A stretch of DNA of 41,577 bases from Bacillota bacterium (GCA_023424965.1 JAFADI010000267.1:1-41577), one strand, 5' to 3'; positions 17,713 to 27,489 are shown, numbered from the stretch's first letter. Notes: generated by a model from the sequence alone, not told the origin. Program-made: numbers and translations.

Positions 17713-18462
17713 ATGAAGCTTGATAATGTGATTTCAAAGAGGGAAAACAAAACGATTTATCGTGATGACAACGTGGCGATTAAAGTTTTCGACAGAAATT
17801 TTTCCAAATCGGACATATTGAACGAAGCATTAAATCAAGCAAGAGCGGAAGAAACCAACCTCAATGTTCCCAAAATCCTTGAGGTCACAAAGATCGACGG
17901 CAATTGGGCCATATGCTCCCAGTTCATTGAAGGGAAAACCTTATCCCAAATGATGGATGAGAACCCCGACAAAATGAATGAGTATATTGAGTGGTTTGTG
18001 GACATCCAAATGGAGGTTCACGCCCAAAATTCGCCTTTGATGACCAAGCTGAAGGATAAAATGGCCAGAAAGATCTCTCTGACCAAATTTGATGCAACAA
18101 CCCGCTACGACCTGCAAACCAGGCTGGAAGGAATGCCGAAGCACAACAAGGTATGCCACGGCGACTTCCGCCCAAGCAACATCATCATTACGGCGGAGGG
18201 CAAGCCCTATATCATCGACTGGTCCCATGCCACCCAGGGGAATGCATCGGCGGATGTCGCCAGAACCTATTTGATCTTCCTGCTGACGGACAGGAGGGAG
18301 GTAGGTGAATACTACCTGAAAACCTTCTGCCGGAAGAGCGATACGGCAAGGCAGTATGTTGAAAAGTGGATTCCCATTGTGGCAGCGTCACAGTCTGTGA
18401 AAGGCAAGCCGGAGGAAGTGAAGTTTTTAAGCCAGCTGGTGGATGTGGTTGATTATGATTGA
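17713..18462 (+). CDS. Protein-kinase-like phosphotransferase (APH/choline-kinase fold), 249 aa, co-transcribed with adhE
   Basis: Brenner motif HGDFRPSNIII and IDWSHA (HxDxxxxN ... D). Only 12 nt after the adhE stop, with GGGGGA RBS. Confidence 0.7.
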   Translation: MKLDNVISKRENKTIYRDDNVAIKVFDRNFSKSDILNEALNQARAEETNLNVPKILEVTKIDGNWAICSQFIEGKTLSQMMDENPDKMNEYIEWFVDIQMEVHAQNSPLMTKLKDKMARKISLTKFDATTRYDLQTRLEGMPKHNKVCHGDFRPSNIIITAEGKPYIIDWSHATQGNASADVARTYLIFLLTDRREVGEYYLKTFCRKSDTARQYVEKWIPIVAASQSVKGKPEEVKFLSQLVDVVDYD

Positions 18463-18472
18463 TAAATAGCTG

Positions 18473-18513
18473 AAAGGGACCTCTCAAAATTGATATTGAG
18501 AGGTCCCTTTTTA
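18473..18513 (+). terminator. Strong Rho-independent terminator (AAAGGGACCTCTCAA-loop-TTGAGAGGTCCCTTT + TTT)
   Basis: 15-bp perfect stem followed by a T-run. Confidence 0.85.
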
Positions 18514-18546
18514 TGTGGGGGAGCATCCCCTTTCTGTGTACCATCA

Positions 18547-18597
18547 GGCAAAATCCGCACATGCGAAGAGGTGGTTTCAGCGCCGGGATAGAAATGC
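18547..18597 (+). repeat. Right, degenerate copy of the isochorismatase 3'-end repeat (GGCAAAATCCGCACATGCGAAGAGGTGGTTTCAGCGCCGGGATAGAAATG), followed at 18598-18610 by a GTTTATATTCC motif resembling the right end of the boundary-repeat family
   Basis: Aligned to 14795-14842. Confidence 0.6.
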
Positions 18598-18653
18598 GTT
18601 TATATTCCGTTTAAATGAATGGTATATAATAATAGCAGGAGGTGATGTTTCCG

Positions 18654-19331
18654 GTGAACAGGATTTTGGTTGTGGACGACGACGGATATATCCGTGAGCT
18701 GGTGTGCACCGTGCTCAGGAGTGAAGGCTTTATTACTTTCGAAGCATCCGACGGGCGGGAAGCACTGCAAAAAATGACGGAAGTGAATCCCGACCTCTGC
18801 ATCATCGACATCATGATGCCCAACATGGATGGCTTCGAGCTGTGCCGCCAGCTCCGGCGGTACTATGAGGATATCCCGGTCCTGATGCTGACGGCGAAGG
18901 ATGACATCAGCCAGAAGGTGAAGGGCTTTGAAATGGGGACGGACGACTATCTGACAAAGCCCTTTGAGGCGGCGGAGCTGGTTGTGCGTGTGAAGGCGCT
19001 GCTCAAGCGGTACAAAATAAGCTCGTCCCAGACGGTTCAAATCGGCACGCTGACCATGGACAGGAGCAGCTATGCCATCCAGGCCGGCGGTGAGAAAATG
19101 GATATTCCCATGAAGGAATTCGAGCTGCTGTTCAAGCTGGGCAGCTATCCGGACAAAACCCTTTCCAGGAATCAACTTATTGAGGACATCTGGGGCTGTG
19201 ACTTCGACGGCAACGAGCGGACACTGGATGTGCACATCAACCGGCTGAGGGACCGCTTCCCTCCGGAAAATTTCCATTTTAGAATTACCACCATCCGTGG
19301 GCTGGGATACAGACTGGAGGGAACTCCATGA
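18654..19331 (+). CDS. OmpR-family response regulator
   Basis: Receiver domain ILVVDDD...DLCIIDIMMP; winged-helix C-terminus ...TIRGLGYRL. Start ambiguous (GTG 18642 / ATG 18645 / GTG 18654 after AGGAGGTGA). Confidence 0.9.
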   Translation: MNRILVVDDDGYIRELVCTVLRSEGFITFEASDGREALQKMTEVNPDLCIIDIMMPNMDGFELCRQLRRYYEDIPVLMLTAKDDISQKVKGFEMGTDDYLTKPFEAAELVVRVKALLKRYKISSSQTVQIGTLTMDRSSYAIQAGGEKMDIPMKEFELLFKLGSYPDKTLSRNQLIEDIWGCDFDGNERTLDVHINRLRDRFPPENFHFRITTIRGLGYRLEGTP

Positions 19332-20425
19332 AAAAAACAAGGTGGTATCAATTTGCGGCACATGCGGCCGTAATCCTGCTGCTCATCAGCTGCGCCTTTG
19401 TGGCGGGCTACGGCGTGACGGAACTGATTTTCCTGGCGACGGGACATCCGCCGGAGCTCGTGGCCCATGTGCTTTCGGGCCTTGCGGCTTTCTTGCTGAT
19501 GCCGCTGGCGGGAGGCCTGTTTTCCCGTTTTGACAGGCGGTTGGTCGGGAGGGAATTCCGGAATTTTCCCTATGGAAGGCTGCTGGGGGATACACTGGAT
19601 GCCATGAAGCGGATTGCCCAGGGAGATTTCAATGTGTTTGTCGCCACGGAGGATGAGCGGGGGCCTTTTAACGAGCTGGCCCACAGCGTCAACAAAATGG
19701 CCATGGAGCTGGGTTCCATGGAGAAGCTGCGGCAGGACTTCATTTCCAACGTCTCCCACGAGATCCAGTCCCCCTTGACCTCCATCAGTGGGTATGCCTC
19801 CCTGTTGAAGCGGGAGGGGACCAGCCGCGAGCAGATTATCCACTACGCCTCAATCATCGAAACGGAAAGCAAGCGGCTGTCAAAGCTGAGCGACAATCTT
19901 TTGAAACTTTCAGCGCTGGAGGTGGACGGTGCTTCCCTGGAACACAAGCCCTTCCGCCTGGACAAACAGCTTGAAAGCATCCTACTGATGCTGGAGCCTC
20001 AATGGTCCGAGAAGAACATCATGCCCGACGTGTCGCTGTCCAACGTGGTGACGACGGGCAGTGAGGATTTGCTGAGCCAGGTGTGGATCAACCTCCTGCA
20101 CAACGCCATCAAATTCACCCCGGAAAACGGGAGGATCCGGGTGACCCTCACCGCGGGCAAAGACTGCGTGGTATGTACCGTTGCCGACAACGGTATCGGT
20201 ATCTCGCCGGAGGATCAGATCCACATCTTTGAACGGTTCTACAAGGTGGACAAGGCCCGCGACCGTTCCCTGGGCGGCAACGGCCTGGGGCTTTCCCTGG
20301 TGAAGAAGATTGTGGAGCTGCACGGGGGGAGGATTGCCGTCAAAAGCGAGATGGGAAAGGGGACGGAGTTCATTGTAACCCTGCCGGATCATCCCGCAGC
20401 CGCCCCCGGTTTACACTGCGTTTAA
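19328..20425 (+). CDS. Sensor histidine kinase (2 TM, HAMP, HisKA, HATPase_c)
   Basis: H-box SNVSHEIQSPLTSISGY; N, G1, G2 boxes (LLHNAIKFT, DNGIGI, GGNGLGLSLVK). Overlaps the RR stop (ATGA). Confidence 0.9.
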   Translation: MKKTRWYQFAAHAAVILLLISCAFVAGYGVTELIFLATGHPPELVAHVLSGLAAFLLMPLAGGLFSRFDRRLVGREFRNFPYGRLLGDTLDAMKRIAQGDFNVFVATEDERGPFNELAHSVNKMAMELGSMEKLRQDFISNVSHEIQSPLTSISGYASLLKREGTSREQIIHYASIIETESKRLSKLSDNLLKLSALEVDGASLEHKPFRLDKQLESILLMLEPQWSEKNIMPDVSLSNVVTTGSEDLLSQVWINLLHNAIKFTPENGRIRVTLTAGKDCVVCTVADNGIGISPEDQIHIFERFYKVDKARDRSLGGNGLGLSLVKKIVELHGGRIAVKSEMGKGTEFIVTLPDHPAAAPGLHCV

Positions 20426-20493
20426 ACTGCATTTAACTTCTGTTTATTTTCAGGGTTTATGATGGCCATAGAAAATAGACAGGAGGAACCCTT

Positions 20494-21849
20494 GTGGTAA
20501 AATTAAAAAACATTAAAAAAAGAACGGTTATTATTGCTGCCATCGCTCTGGTGCTTGCCGGCACAACCTTCGCCCTTTTTTCGCCTTTCAGAGGCGGCAA
20601 AGATACGGTGGTGACAGGTTACTCCGCCCTTTCGGCCACTGAGCTCGTCAACAGCGTCAGTGCATCGGGAAATGTGGAAAGCAGTATGAGCCGGAATATA
20701 TACTCTTCCTTGAATTATCCCGTGAAAAAGATCCATGTCAAGGTGGGTGACCACGTATCGGCCGGAGACCTTCTTGCCGAGCTTGACACCGAAGCGCTCA
20801 AGCTGGATGTGGCGCAGCAGCGGAGCATCCTCAGCAATTCGCAAAAAACTGCCGCCATCGACCTGGAAGATAAAAGGCTGAACTTCAACAATTCCAAAAA
20901 CCAGTATGAAAACGGGAACAATCCCGAGCTTGTCAACGCCGGGTATGCTCTCCAGACGGCCCAATCCGATCTGAACACCAAAAAAACAGACTATGAAAGC
21001 AACAAGCTGCTTTTTGAAAGCGGCGCTGTTTCCCGCCAGGCACTGAATGAATCGGAGACGGCCTACAAGCTGGCTTCCGCCGCATATGACAAAGCCCTTT
21101 CCTCTCTCAATTCCACAAAGACCAAAATCAAGCAGGACCTGAAAGCCTCGGAGGCCGGCTTGAAAACCGCCGAGGCCAATGTGGGCAACGACAGTCAACT
21201 AATTGCGCTTCAGAAGCTTGAAAAAAATCTTGCCGACACCGCAATCAAAGCTCCCATTGAAGGGACTATAACGGCCATCTATGCGAAGGAAGGCTCTCCG
21301 GGGAACGGCCTGCTTTTCATCGTTGAGGACACCGCCAACCTCATCGTGACCGCTTATGTCAAAGAGTACGATGCGGTCAAGGTCCATGAAGGGCAGACAG
21401 TAACCGTTAAATCGGACAGCATCGGCAATAAAACCGTAAACGGAAAAGTGATCATGATTGATCCGGCCTCTACAAAAGACGGCAGCGGCGTAACCGAAAC
21501 CGCCAGCGCAGTGGAGTTCAAAACGAAGATCGCCGTTCTGGACCGGGATACCCAATTGAAGATCGGGATGAACGTCCGCCTGAACATCATTCTGGAGAAA
21601 AAGCCCCATGTGTTTGCCGTACCTTCCGACGCCGTCACCGTCAATTCCGAAGGCAAAGATATCGTCTATGCCATAACGGATACCAAAGGAAAGAAAAGGA
21701 TAAAAGAGCTGGAGGTAAAGAAGGGGATGGAAACGGACCTTTATACCGAGGTTTCGGGAGAGAGCATTGCCGAGGGCGTCATCGTGGTGAACGACGCGGC
21801 CGGTGTAAAACCCGGCAGCATCGTCACCCTGCAGCAGGCAGAACAATAG
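20494..21849 (+). CDS. HlyD-family membrane-fusion (periplasmic adaptor) protein of a MacAB-type efflux system
   Basis: N-terminal TM, coiled-coil region, beta-barrel/lipoyl-like motifs (IKAPIEGTITAIYAKEGS...). GTG start 6 nt after AGGAGGA. Confidence 0.85.
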   Translation: MVKLKNIKKRTVIIAAIALVLAGTTFALFSPFRGGKDTVVTGYSALSATELVNSVSASGNVESSMSRNIYSSLNYPVKKIHVKVGDHVSAGDLLAELDTEALKLDVAQQRSILSNSQKTAAIDLEDKRLNFNNSKNQYENGNNPELVNAGYALQTAQSDLNTKKTDYESNKLLFESGAVSRQALNESETAYKLASAAYDKALSSLNSTKTKIKQDLKASEAGLKTAEANVGNDSQLIALQKLEKNLADTAIKAPIEGTITAIYAKEGSPGNGLLFIVEDTANLIVTAYVKEYDAVKVHEGQTVTVKSDSIGNKTVNGKVIMIDPASTKDGSGVTETASAVEFKTKIAVLDRDTQLKIGMNVRLNIILEKKPHVFAVPSDAVTVNSEGKDIVYAITDTKGKKRIKELEVKKGMETDLYTEVSGESIAEGVIVVNDAAGVKPGSIVTLQQAEQ

Positions 21850-21860
21850 GAGGGATCCGC

Positions 21861-22604
21861 ATGCGGGAAAATTTAATTGATATAAGCAGTCTTGTAAAAA
21901 ACTTTTATACGGGGACGCCCAATGAGCTTGAGATACTCAAGGGCATCTCCCTCAAGGTCCGAAAAGGGGAGTTCATCTCCATTGTCGGTGCTTCCGGCTC
22001 CGGCAAAAGTACGTTGATGAATATCATTGGGGCCCTGGACAGGCCGACCTCCGGCGAATACATTCTAGACGGAGCTCCCCTGCAGGAGATGCCGGACAGC
22101 GAGCTCTCCGATGTCCGCAACCGGAAAATCGGCTTTGTATTCCAGAACTTCAACCTGATCCCCAGGAATTCGGCACTGAAAAATGTGGAGCTGCCCATGC
22201 TCTATGCAGGTGTGGGAAAAAGGGAAAGAAGGGAAAGGGCAAAGGAGCTGCTGGATCTGGTGGGGATGGCAGACAGGATGCACCACCAGCCCAACGAGCT
22301 TTCGGGGGGACAGAAGCAAAGGGTGGCCATTTCAAGGGCCCTGTCCAATGATCCCGCAATCATACTGGCCGATGAGCCTACAGGCGCACTGGATTCGGAG
22401 ACGGGGGAAATGGTGATGAAGCTGTTCCACCAGGTACACCGGACAAAAGGCACCACCATTGTCCTGATCACCCACAACAGCGAACTGGCGGAGCAAACCC
22501 AGCGGGTGGTAACATTGAAGGACGGCTGCATCATTGAAGACAGGCCGGGGCTTGTCCGGGCAGGAAATGATACAAGGAGGGGTGAAACTGATGGACATGG
22601 TTGA
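21861..22604 (+). CDS. ABC transporter ATP-binding protein (MacB/FtsE-like)
   Basis: Walker A GASGSGKST, signature LSGGQKQRVAISRAL, Walker B ILADEPTGALD. Confidence 0.9.
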   Translation: MRENLIDISSLVKNFYTGTPNELEILKGISLKVRKGEFISIVGASGSGKSTLMNIIGALDRPTSGEYILDGAPLQEMPDSELSDVRNRKIGFVFQNFNLIPRNSALKNVELPMLYAGVGKRERRERAKELLDLVGMADRMHHQPNELSGGQKQRVAISRALSNDPAIILADEPTGALDSETGEMVMKLFHQVHRTKGTTIVLITHNSELAEQTQRVVTLKDGCIIEDRPGLVRAGNDTRRGETDGHG

Positions 22605-23862
22605 AAATATCCTGCTGGCTCTTGAGAGCCTGTACGCCAATAAAATGCGGGCAATTCTCACCATGCTGGGCATCATTATCGGAATCGGCTCGGTGATCGC
22701 CATTGTGACGGTAGGCAATTCCCTGACTGCGTCCATTTCCAGCACCATGATGGGCATGGGGGCCAATTCCATCCTGGTGAGCGTCAATGAGCGGGGGGTG
22801 GACCCTTTTGGAGACGGGAAGGTGGGAATGGATTCCGCCACAACGCCGGAAGACAGCGAGCTTATATCCCCGGAACAAATTGAAGCCTTCCATGCCAGGT
22901 ATTCAAACAAGATTGAAACCATAAGCCTTTCACAGAGTGCCGGGTCTGCAAAAGCCCAGGATGGCAGACGCTATGCCAATATAAGCGTCAACGGGGTCAA
23001 CCGGGGCTATGAAAAGGCCAATAACATAAAGCTGCTTCAGGGACGGTTCATCAATGAAAAGGATGTCAATGCCGTCCGAAGGGCCGCCGTAGTATCCGAC
23101 AGGCTGATCAGAAATATGTTCACCGTCGGGCAGGACCTCATAGGACAGGAGGTCAAAGTCTATTCTTCAGGAAGCATCGAGGTTTATACAATCGTCGGGG
23201 TATATAAATATGAGAATTCTCTATTTGCAAACAGCTCTTCCTCGGAACAGGACTTAATGACAAACTTCTACATTCCCGTAAGCCTGGCAAAGCAGGACGC
23301 CGTGAATAAAAATTACCAGTCCTTTACCGTGGTAGCCGCCGGCGGGGTGGATACCGCAGCTTTTACCAATGAGATAAAGAGCTATTTTTCAAAGTTCTAT
23401 GCCAACAGTACAAAATGGGAAATCGGCGTCACCAGTATGGAAAGCCTCATCTCAAGCATGACCTCCATGCTTGACACCGTCTCCGTCGCAATCTCCATTA
23501 TTGCGGGAATTTCTCTCCTGGTGGGAGGGATCGGCGTAATGAACATCATGCTGGTATCCGTCACCGAGCGCACACGGGAGATCGGCACCCGGAAAGCCCT
23601 TGGAGCAAAAAGCTCCTATATACGCCTCCAGTTCATTGTGGAATCGGTGATCATCTGCCTGATCGGGGGACTTACAGGCATTTTTATCGGACTGATTCTG
23701 GGAGCCGTGGGCGCTTCACTCCTGGGCTATCCGGCAACCACCTCCTGGGCGGCAATTGTATTGAGCGTCTCCTTGACCATGGTCATCGGTGTGTTCTTCG
23801 GATACTACCCGGCCAATAAGGCGGCAAAGCTCGATCCGATAGAAGCATTGAGATATGAATAG
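22591..23862 (+). CDS. ABC transporter permease, FtsX/MacB-like (4 TM + large extracytoplasmic domain)
   Basis: MacB_PCD-like N-terminal domain and FtsX C-terminal TM bundle (ISLLVGGIGVMNIMLVSVTERTREIG...). RBS AGGAGGGG precedes ATG 22591; overlaps the ATPase gene by 14 nt. Confidence 0.85.
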   Translation: MDMVENILLALESLYANKMRAILTMLGIIIGIGSVIAIVTVGNSLTASISSTMMGMGANSILVSVNERGVDPFGDGKVGMDSATTPEDSELISPEQIEAFHARYSNKIETISLSQSAGSAKAQDGRRYANISVNGVNRGYEKANNIKLLQGRFINEKDVNAVRRAAVVSDRLIRNMFTVGQDLIGQEVKVYSSGSIEVYTIVGVYKYENSLFANSSSSEQDLMTNFYIPVSLAKQDAVNKNYQSFTVVAAGGVDTAAFTNEIKSYFSKFYANSTKWEIGVTSMESLISSMTSMLDTVSVAISIIAGISLLVGGIGVMNIMLVSVTERTREIGTRKALGAKSSYIRLQFIVESVIICLIGGLTGIFIGLILGAVGASLLGYPATTSWAAIVLSVSLTMVIGVFFGYYPANKAAKLDPIEALRYE

Positions 23863-23865
23863 CAC

Positions 23866-24033
23866 TTACTTAAATCTGTTTTTATATATTTTTTTCATGA
23901 TACTGCCAAGATACAGTGTGAAGGTGCAAGATAAAACAATTCCGACAATGAAATGCAGGATTTGGCCGGGGGATAAACTTGAAAAAGTGAGTATGAAAGC
24001 TGCAATTGCTATGATAGACAGCAGCAGAAACAT
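23866..24033 (-). CDS. Possible 55-aa two-TM small membrane protein (MFLLLSIIAIAAFILTFSSLSPGQILHFIVGIVLSCTFTLYLGSIMKKIYKNRFK)
   Basis: Hydrophobic two-helix ORF in an AT-rich spacer; no convincing RBS. Confidence 0.2.
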   Translation of the reverse strand: MFLLLSIIAIAAFILTFSSLSPGQILHFIVGIVLSCTFTLYLGSIMKKIYKNRFK

Positions 24034-24248
24034 TATAAAGGATACTGAAACGGCAGAGACTACCTGCTTGTTTCTCTTTTCCAGGCTTTCAATGCTGGTG
24101 AAGGATTCGGGCCTTTTAATCGGTATATTCCTTTCTCCATAGGAAGCAGCTCGCCATTTGGCCGACAAACTTCCAGCCAAACTGTTCGTAGGTGGATCTG
24201 TAATCTTTTTTCGGGAATGCCTGCATGTCATAAATATATCTGCATTTT

Positions 24249-24316
24249 CAAAATTTCAAGGACAAAATATAATGTGAAGTTCATTCTTCCAAACTGAAGC
24301 TCCGGGTATTTATAAT
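24249..24316 (+). repeat. Boundary-repeat family copy A: CAAAATT..N..TATAATGTGAAGTTC-N13-GAAGCTCCGGGTATTTATAAT
   Basis: Aligned to copies B (32623-32691) and C (36101-36175). Lies ~160 nt upstream of the LuxR/STAND regulator gene. Confidence 0.6.
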
Positions 24317-24473
24317 TCCTGTGCTGCTGAACGAGTGAGTAGTTATGTCTATTCTATTCACATGTTTGACTTGGGAGTTTTCACAATTGAGAGCAAGCAG
24401 CGGTTTGTGAAAAATACTTTACTCGATCTTTGATTTATGAGACTATTAAAATAGGAGTATTTTTATTGAAAAA

Positions 24474-27230
24474 ATGAAATGGCATGATAAGGAGCGGAGC
24501 CCGTTGAATAATAGCCTGAATGGCAAAGGTAATATTAAAATGCTGTCTGATAAATTCAACCAAAGTTCAATTGGAAGACAAATCGAAGTCCCTTTTTATA
24601 ATGCTCCATATACGAAATTTTTAGTTCCTGATTCCGCCACGCTGAAGGTGAATAGAGGAATATTCCATTTTGAGCTAAATGAAGCAGTGAAAAAGAAACT
24701 TATTATTATTACAGCTCCGGCGGGCTATGGGAAAAGTACGGCAGTGAGCAGTTGGATTTTACAGAATCAGGCCAGCCGAAGCTTTATATGGATTACTCTG
24801 GATAAGGATGACCGTGAAGAAAGCAATTTCTGGCATAATATCATATTCTCAATAAATCAAGATGAAAATATAATTTCCTATGATAAATTACTGTTGTTAT
24901 CGATAGAACAAAGTATAAACTTTTTAATTAATTATTTTTCTGAAATTTCTTCAGAATGCTTTATCATATTGGATGACTTTCACTATATCGATTGTGAACA
25001 AATCAATAGATCCTTCGGGTATTTTTTAGCCTATATGCCTAAGAACCTTCATTGCATTGTTATAAGCAGATCTTTTCCGTCCATATCATTATCAAAAATG
25101 ACGGTTGACGAGGATGTAACAACGTTTGATATTCGGGACCTTCAATTTTCCCATGAGGAAGCACGTACGTTCCTCAATGAAATAATGGATTTGAAACTAT
25201 CCGATGAGGATATAAAAACGTTGGAAACGAAGACCGAAGGTTGGATAGCCGCCCTGAAGGTTGCTGCCTTGTCCCTTAGGAATTGCTCCGATAAAAATGC
25301 CTTTATAAACAGCTTTGACAGCAGCAATAAAAAGATGTTTCAATATATTTTTGAAGAAGTGGTCAATTTTCAGGAAGCGGTTGTCAGAGAATTTTTGTTG
25401 AAAACCTCCATTTTAAAAAATCTGAATAAATCCATTTGCGACGCATTAACCGGTTGCAATAAATCCCAGGAGATATTGGAAATGCTTGAGGCGAACAATC
25501 TTTTCATCATCGGCCTGGACGAGAGAAAAGAAAATTACCGTTATGATCAACTATTGTCAGATATTCTTGTTAAACTGTTATTCAAGGAATATCCGGATCA
25601 GGTCCATGAAATATATTTGGCTGCCAGCCGATGGTGTGAGGACCATGGGTATCTTCGAGATGCTTTAGAATATTCCCTTGGCTCGGAAGATTCCCAAAAT
25701 ACATTGCTGTTGTTGGAAAAGTATTTTTCTACAAAGCATCCGGATATTTTAGGACCTAAAAAAATCTGTGATTGTTTTGGAGCCATACCCTGCGAAATGT
25801 ATAATAAGATGCCTGATTTATGTATTCGATACGCCTTAGCCCTGGCGGAAACAGGCCAGGTAAGCCTGGATGAGAAAGAATTGGCCGAGCGGGGAATAAA
25901 CTTGGATAGTGATGTTTGGGGAGGCTATAAAGGCCGGGTGAGTCAATTACGTGCCTATACCGCATTAAAATACGAAAATATCGTTGATGTTATCAGATAT
26001 TCCGAACAGGCAATGAACCAACTTCCCGGTGATATTTCGGGTGTTACCCCATGCCTTGTACTGGGATATATCTACAGGTCTCTTGGAGATATAGAAAAGG
26101 CTGAGTTCTATTTTGGAAATGCCGTACTTTTAAGCAAAGAAGTGAGCGATACCCGGCCTGGTGAGATTTTTGAGCCGCTCATTTTGAGCAACTTTTATAT
26201 GGCTTCGATTCAATACTTAAAAGGGGAATCGGATAATTTCATTACCCTTTTAAATCAAATACTGACCGAAAATATCACACATAAAAATTGTATGTATTTC
26301 TGCCTTGCTACCGCGTATTACGACGAAGGCGATTTCCGGCAGGCATATCCAAATGTAATGAAGGGTTTGGAATTGTGTAGTACATACGAGGACATCTTCT
26401 ATGAAAGAGTAAAAGGTTTTGTATTACTTGCAAGAATTTTGTTCCATACCGGTAAAAGTGCTGAAGCCATCAGTGTGATGAATGAGATAGACAGCTTGAT
26501 GAAGCCGGATTCAGGCAACCTGTTCATCCTGCTTGAATTGCCCAGGATTGTGAATCTTTTGGTTTCATTAGGGTTGATGGAGCGCGCAGAGGCCTATATT
26601 CATAAATTCAACAGCATTGATTGCAAGGAAATCAGGTTCACTATCTGTGAAGCTCAGGCAGAACTTTCCTTAGGAAAGAAAATGTATAAGGAAGCAGTCG
26701 ATATTCTGGAATTGATGATCTCAAACATGAATTTGGAGGTTTACCCCAAAAAAAGAATTGATTTGCTTGTATTAAGATCCATTGCACACAAGGCTTATAA
26801 CGAGAATGAGGAAGCATTGGCGTGTTTGCGAGAAGCACTGAAAACCAAGGGTGCAGAAAGGTATGCGAGGGCTTTTATTGATCGGGGCAAACCAATGCTT
26901 GATTTATTGGAAAAGTTCATCCTTCAGGCAGAAAAGAAGAAGGATATCCATTTGCTGAATATTGCGGAAAACCTGGTGAAAAGGCTTGAAAATAAAAATA
27001 GGCCCGCGTTGGCGGTACAGCATAGTGAGAGATTTGAACAGCTAAGCGAGAGAGAGCTGGAAGTACTCAGACTGTTGGCCGAGGGCTTAAGCTATGAAGA
27101 AATTGGAAAAGGACTTTACATTTCTCTAAGTACCGTAAAAAAACATACAGGTAACATCTATCACAAGCTGCAAGCGGATAACAAAATACAGGCAGTCAAT
27201 ATTGCCAAAGCAAATAAGCTGGTTGATTAA
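24474..27230 (+). CDS. LuxR/MalT-type STAND-NTPase transcriptional regulator (AAA-like NTPase + TPR-like helical repeats + C-terminal LuxR HTH), 918 aa
   Basis: Walker A ITAPAGYGKST; C-terminal LSERELEVLRLLAEGLSYEEIGKGLYISLSTVKKHTGNIYHKL (LuxR-type HTH). Start uncertain (ATG 24474; in-frame TTG 24504 after AAGGAG; ATG 24540). AT-rich gene. Confidence 0.85.
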   Translation: MKWHDKERSPLNNSLNGKGNIKMLSDKFNQSSIGRQIEVPFYNAPYTKFLVPDSATLKVNRGIFHFELNEAVKKKLIIITAPAGYGKSTAVSSWILQNQASRSFIWITLDKDDREESNFWHNIIFSINQDENIISYDKLLLLSIEQSINFLINYFSEISSECFIILDDFHYIDCEQINRSFGYFLAYMPKNLHCIVISRSFPSISLSKMTVDEDVTTFDIRDLQFSHEEARTFLNEIMDLKLSDEDIKTLETKTEGWIAALKVAALSLRNCSDKNAFINSFDSSNKKMFQYIFEEVVNFQEAVVREFLLKTSILKNLNKSICDALTGCNKSQEILEMLEANNLFIIGLDERKENYRYDQLLSDILVKLLFKEYPDQVHEIYLAASRWCEDHGYLRDALEYSLGSEDSQNTLLLLEKYFSTKHPDILGPKKICDCFGAIPCEMYNKMPDLCIRYALALAETGQVSLDEKELAERGINLDSDVWGGYKGRVSQLRAYTALKYENIVDVIRYSEQAMNQLPGDISGVTPCLVLGYIYRSLGDIEKAEFYFGNAVLLSKEVSDTRPGEIFEPLILSNFYMASIQYLKGESDNFITLLNQILTENITHKNCMYFCLATAYYDEGDFRQAYPNVMKGLELCSTYEDIFYERVKGFVLLARILFHTGKSAEAISVMNEIDSLMKPDSGNLFILLELPRIVNLLVSLGLMERAEAYIHKFNSIDCKEIRFTICEAQAELSLGKKMYKEAVDILELMISNMNLEVYPKKRIDLLVLRSIAHKAYNENEEALACLREALKTKGAERYARAFIDRGKPMLDLLEKFILQAEKKKDIHLLNIAENLVKRLENKNRPALAVQHSERFEQLSERELEVLRLLAEGLSYEEIGKGLYISLSTVKKHTGNIYHKLQADNKIQAVNIAKANKLVD

Positions 27231-27250
27231 TAATAGCAATTGGGTTTTCT

Positions 27251-27291
27251 ATCTGGCAGGTATACAAAAGTATACCTGCCGGATTTTTTTA
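27251..27291 (+). terminator. Rho-independent terminator (CTGGCAGGTATAC-aaaa-GTATACCTGCCGG + TTTTTTT)
   Basis: 13-bp stem (1 mismatch) followed by a 7-T run. Confidence 0.8.
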
Positions 27292-27365
27292 TCGAAAAGT
27301 AGAAGTATCCTTTCGGCCACTTACATATTCATGCCTCTCCTGATATGATCGGATTGAGCTCGAAA

Positions 27366-27382
27366 ATACCATACCGGGGTAT
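27366..27382. promoter_or_regulatory. Candidate CsoR operator ATACCATACCGGGGTAT (GC-rich pseudo-palindrome of the TACC-N-GGGGTA type) ~107 nt upstream of csoR
   Basis: Resembles the B. subtilis copZA CsoR-box pattern; arms ATACC/GGTAT. Confidence 0.35.
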
Positions 27383-27489
27383 CGTAACAGAAAAACGCAC
27401 TGACACATACCTGAAGCAAGCCATTGAACAAATAGGCTATTCCGTTACGGGCAGTATTGGAATGAATAGGACGGAGGGACGTGAAACAT

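Noticed and set aside
16576-19361. Minus-strand ORFs 16576-17319 and 18600-19361
   Set aside because: Antisense to adhE and to the response-regulator gene respectively; His/Arg/Gly-rich nonsense-like translations.
24474-27230. STAND NTPase as an Avs-like antiphage defence protein
   Set aside because: The C-terminus is a LuxR-type DNA-binding HTH rather than a nuclease or other effector, so a MalT-like transcription activator is the parsimonious call.
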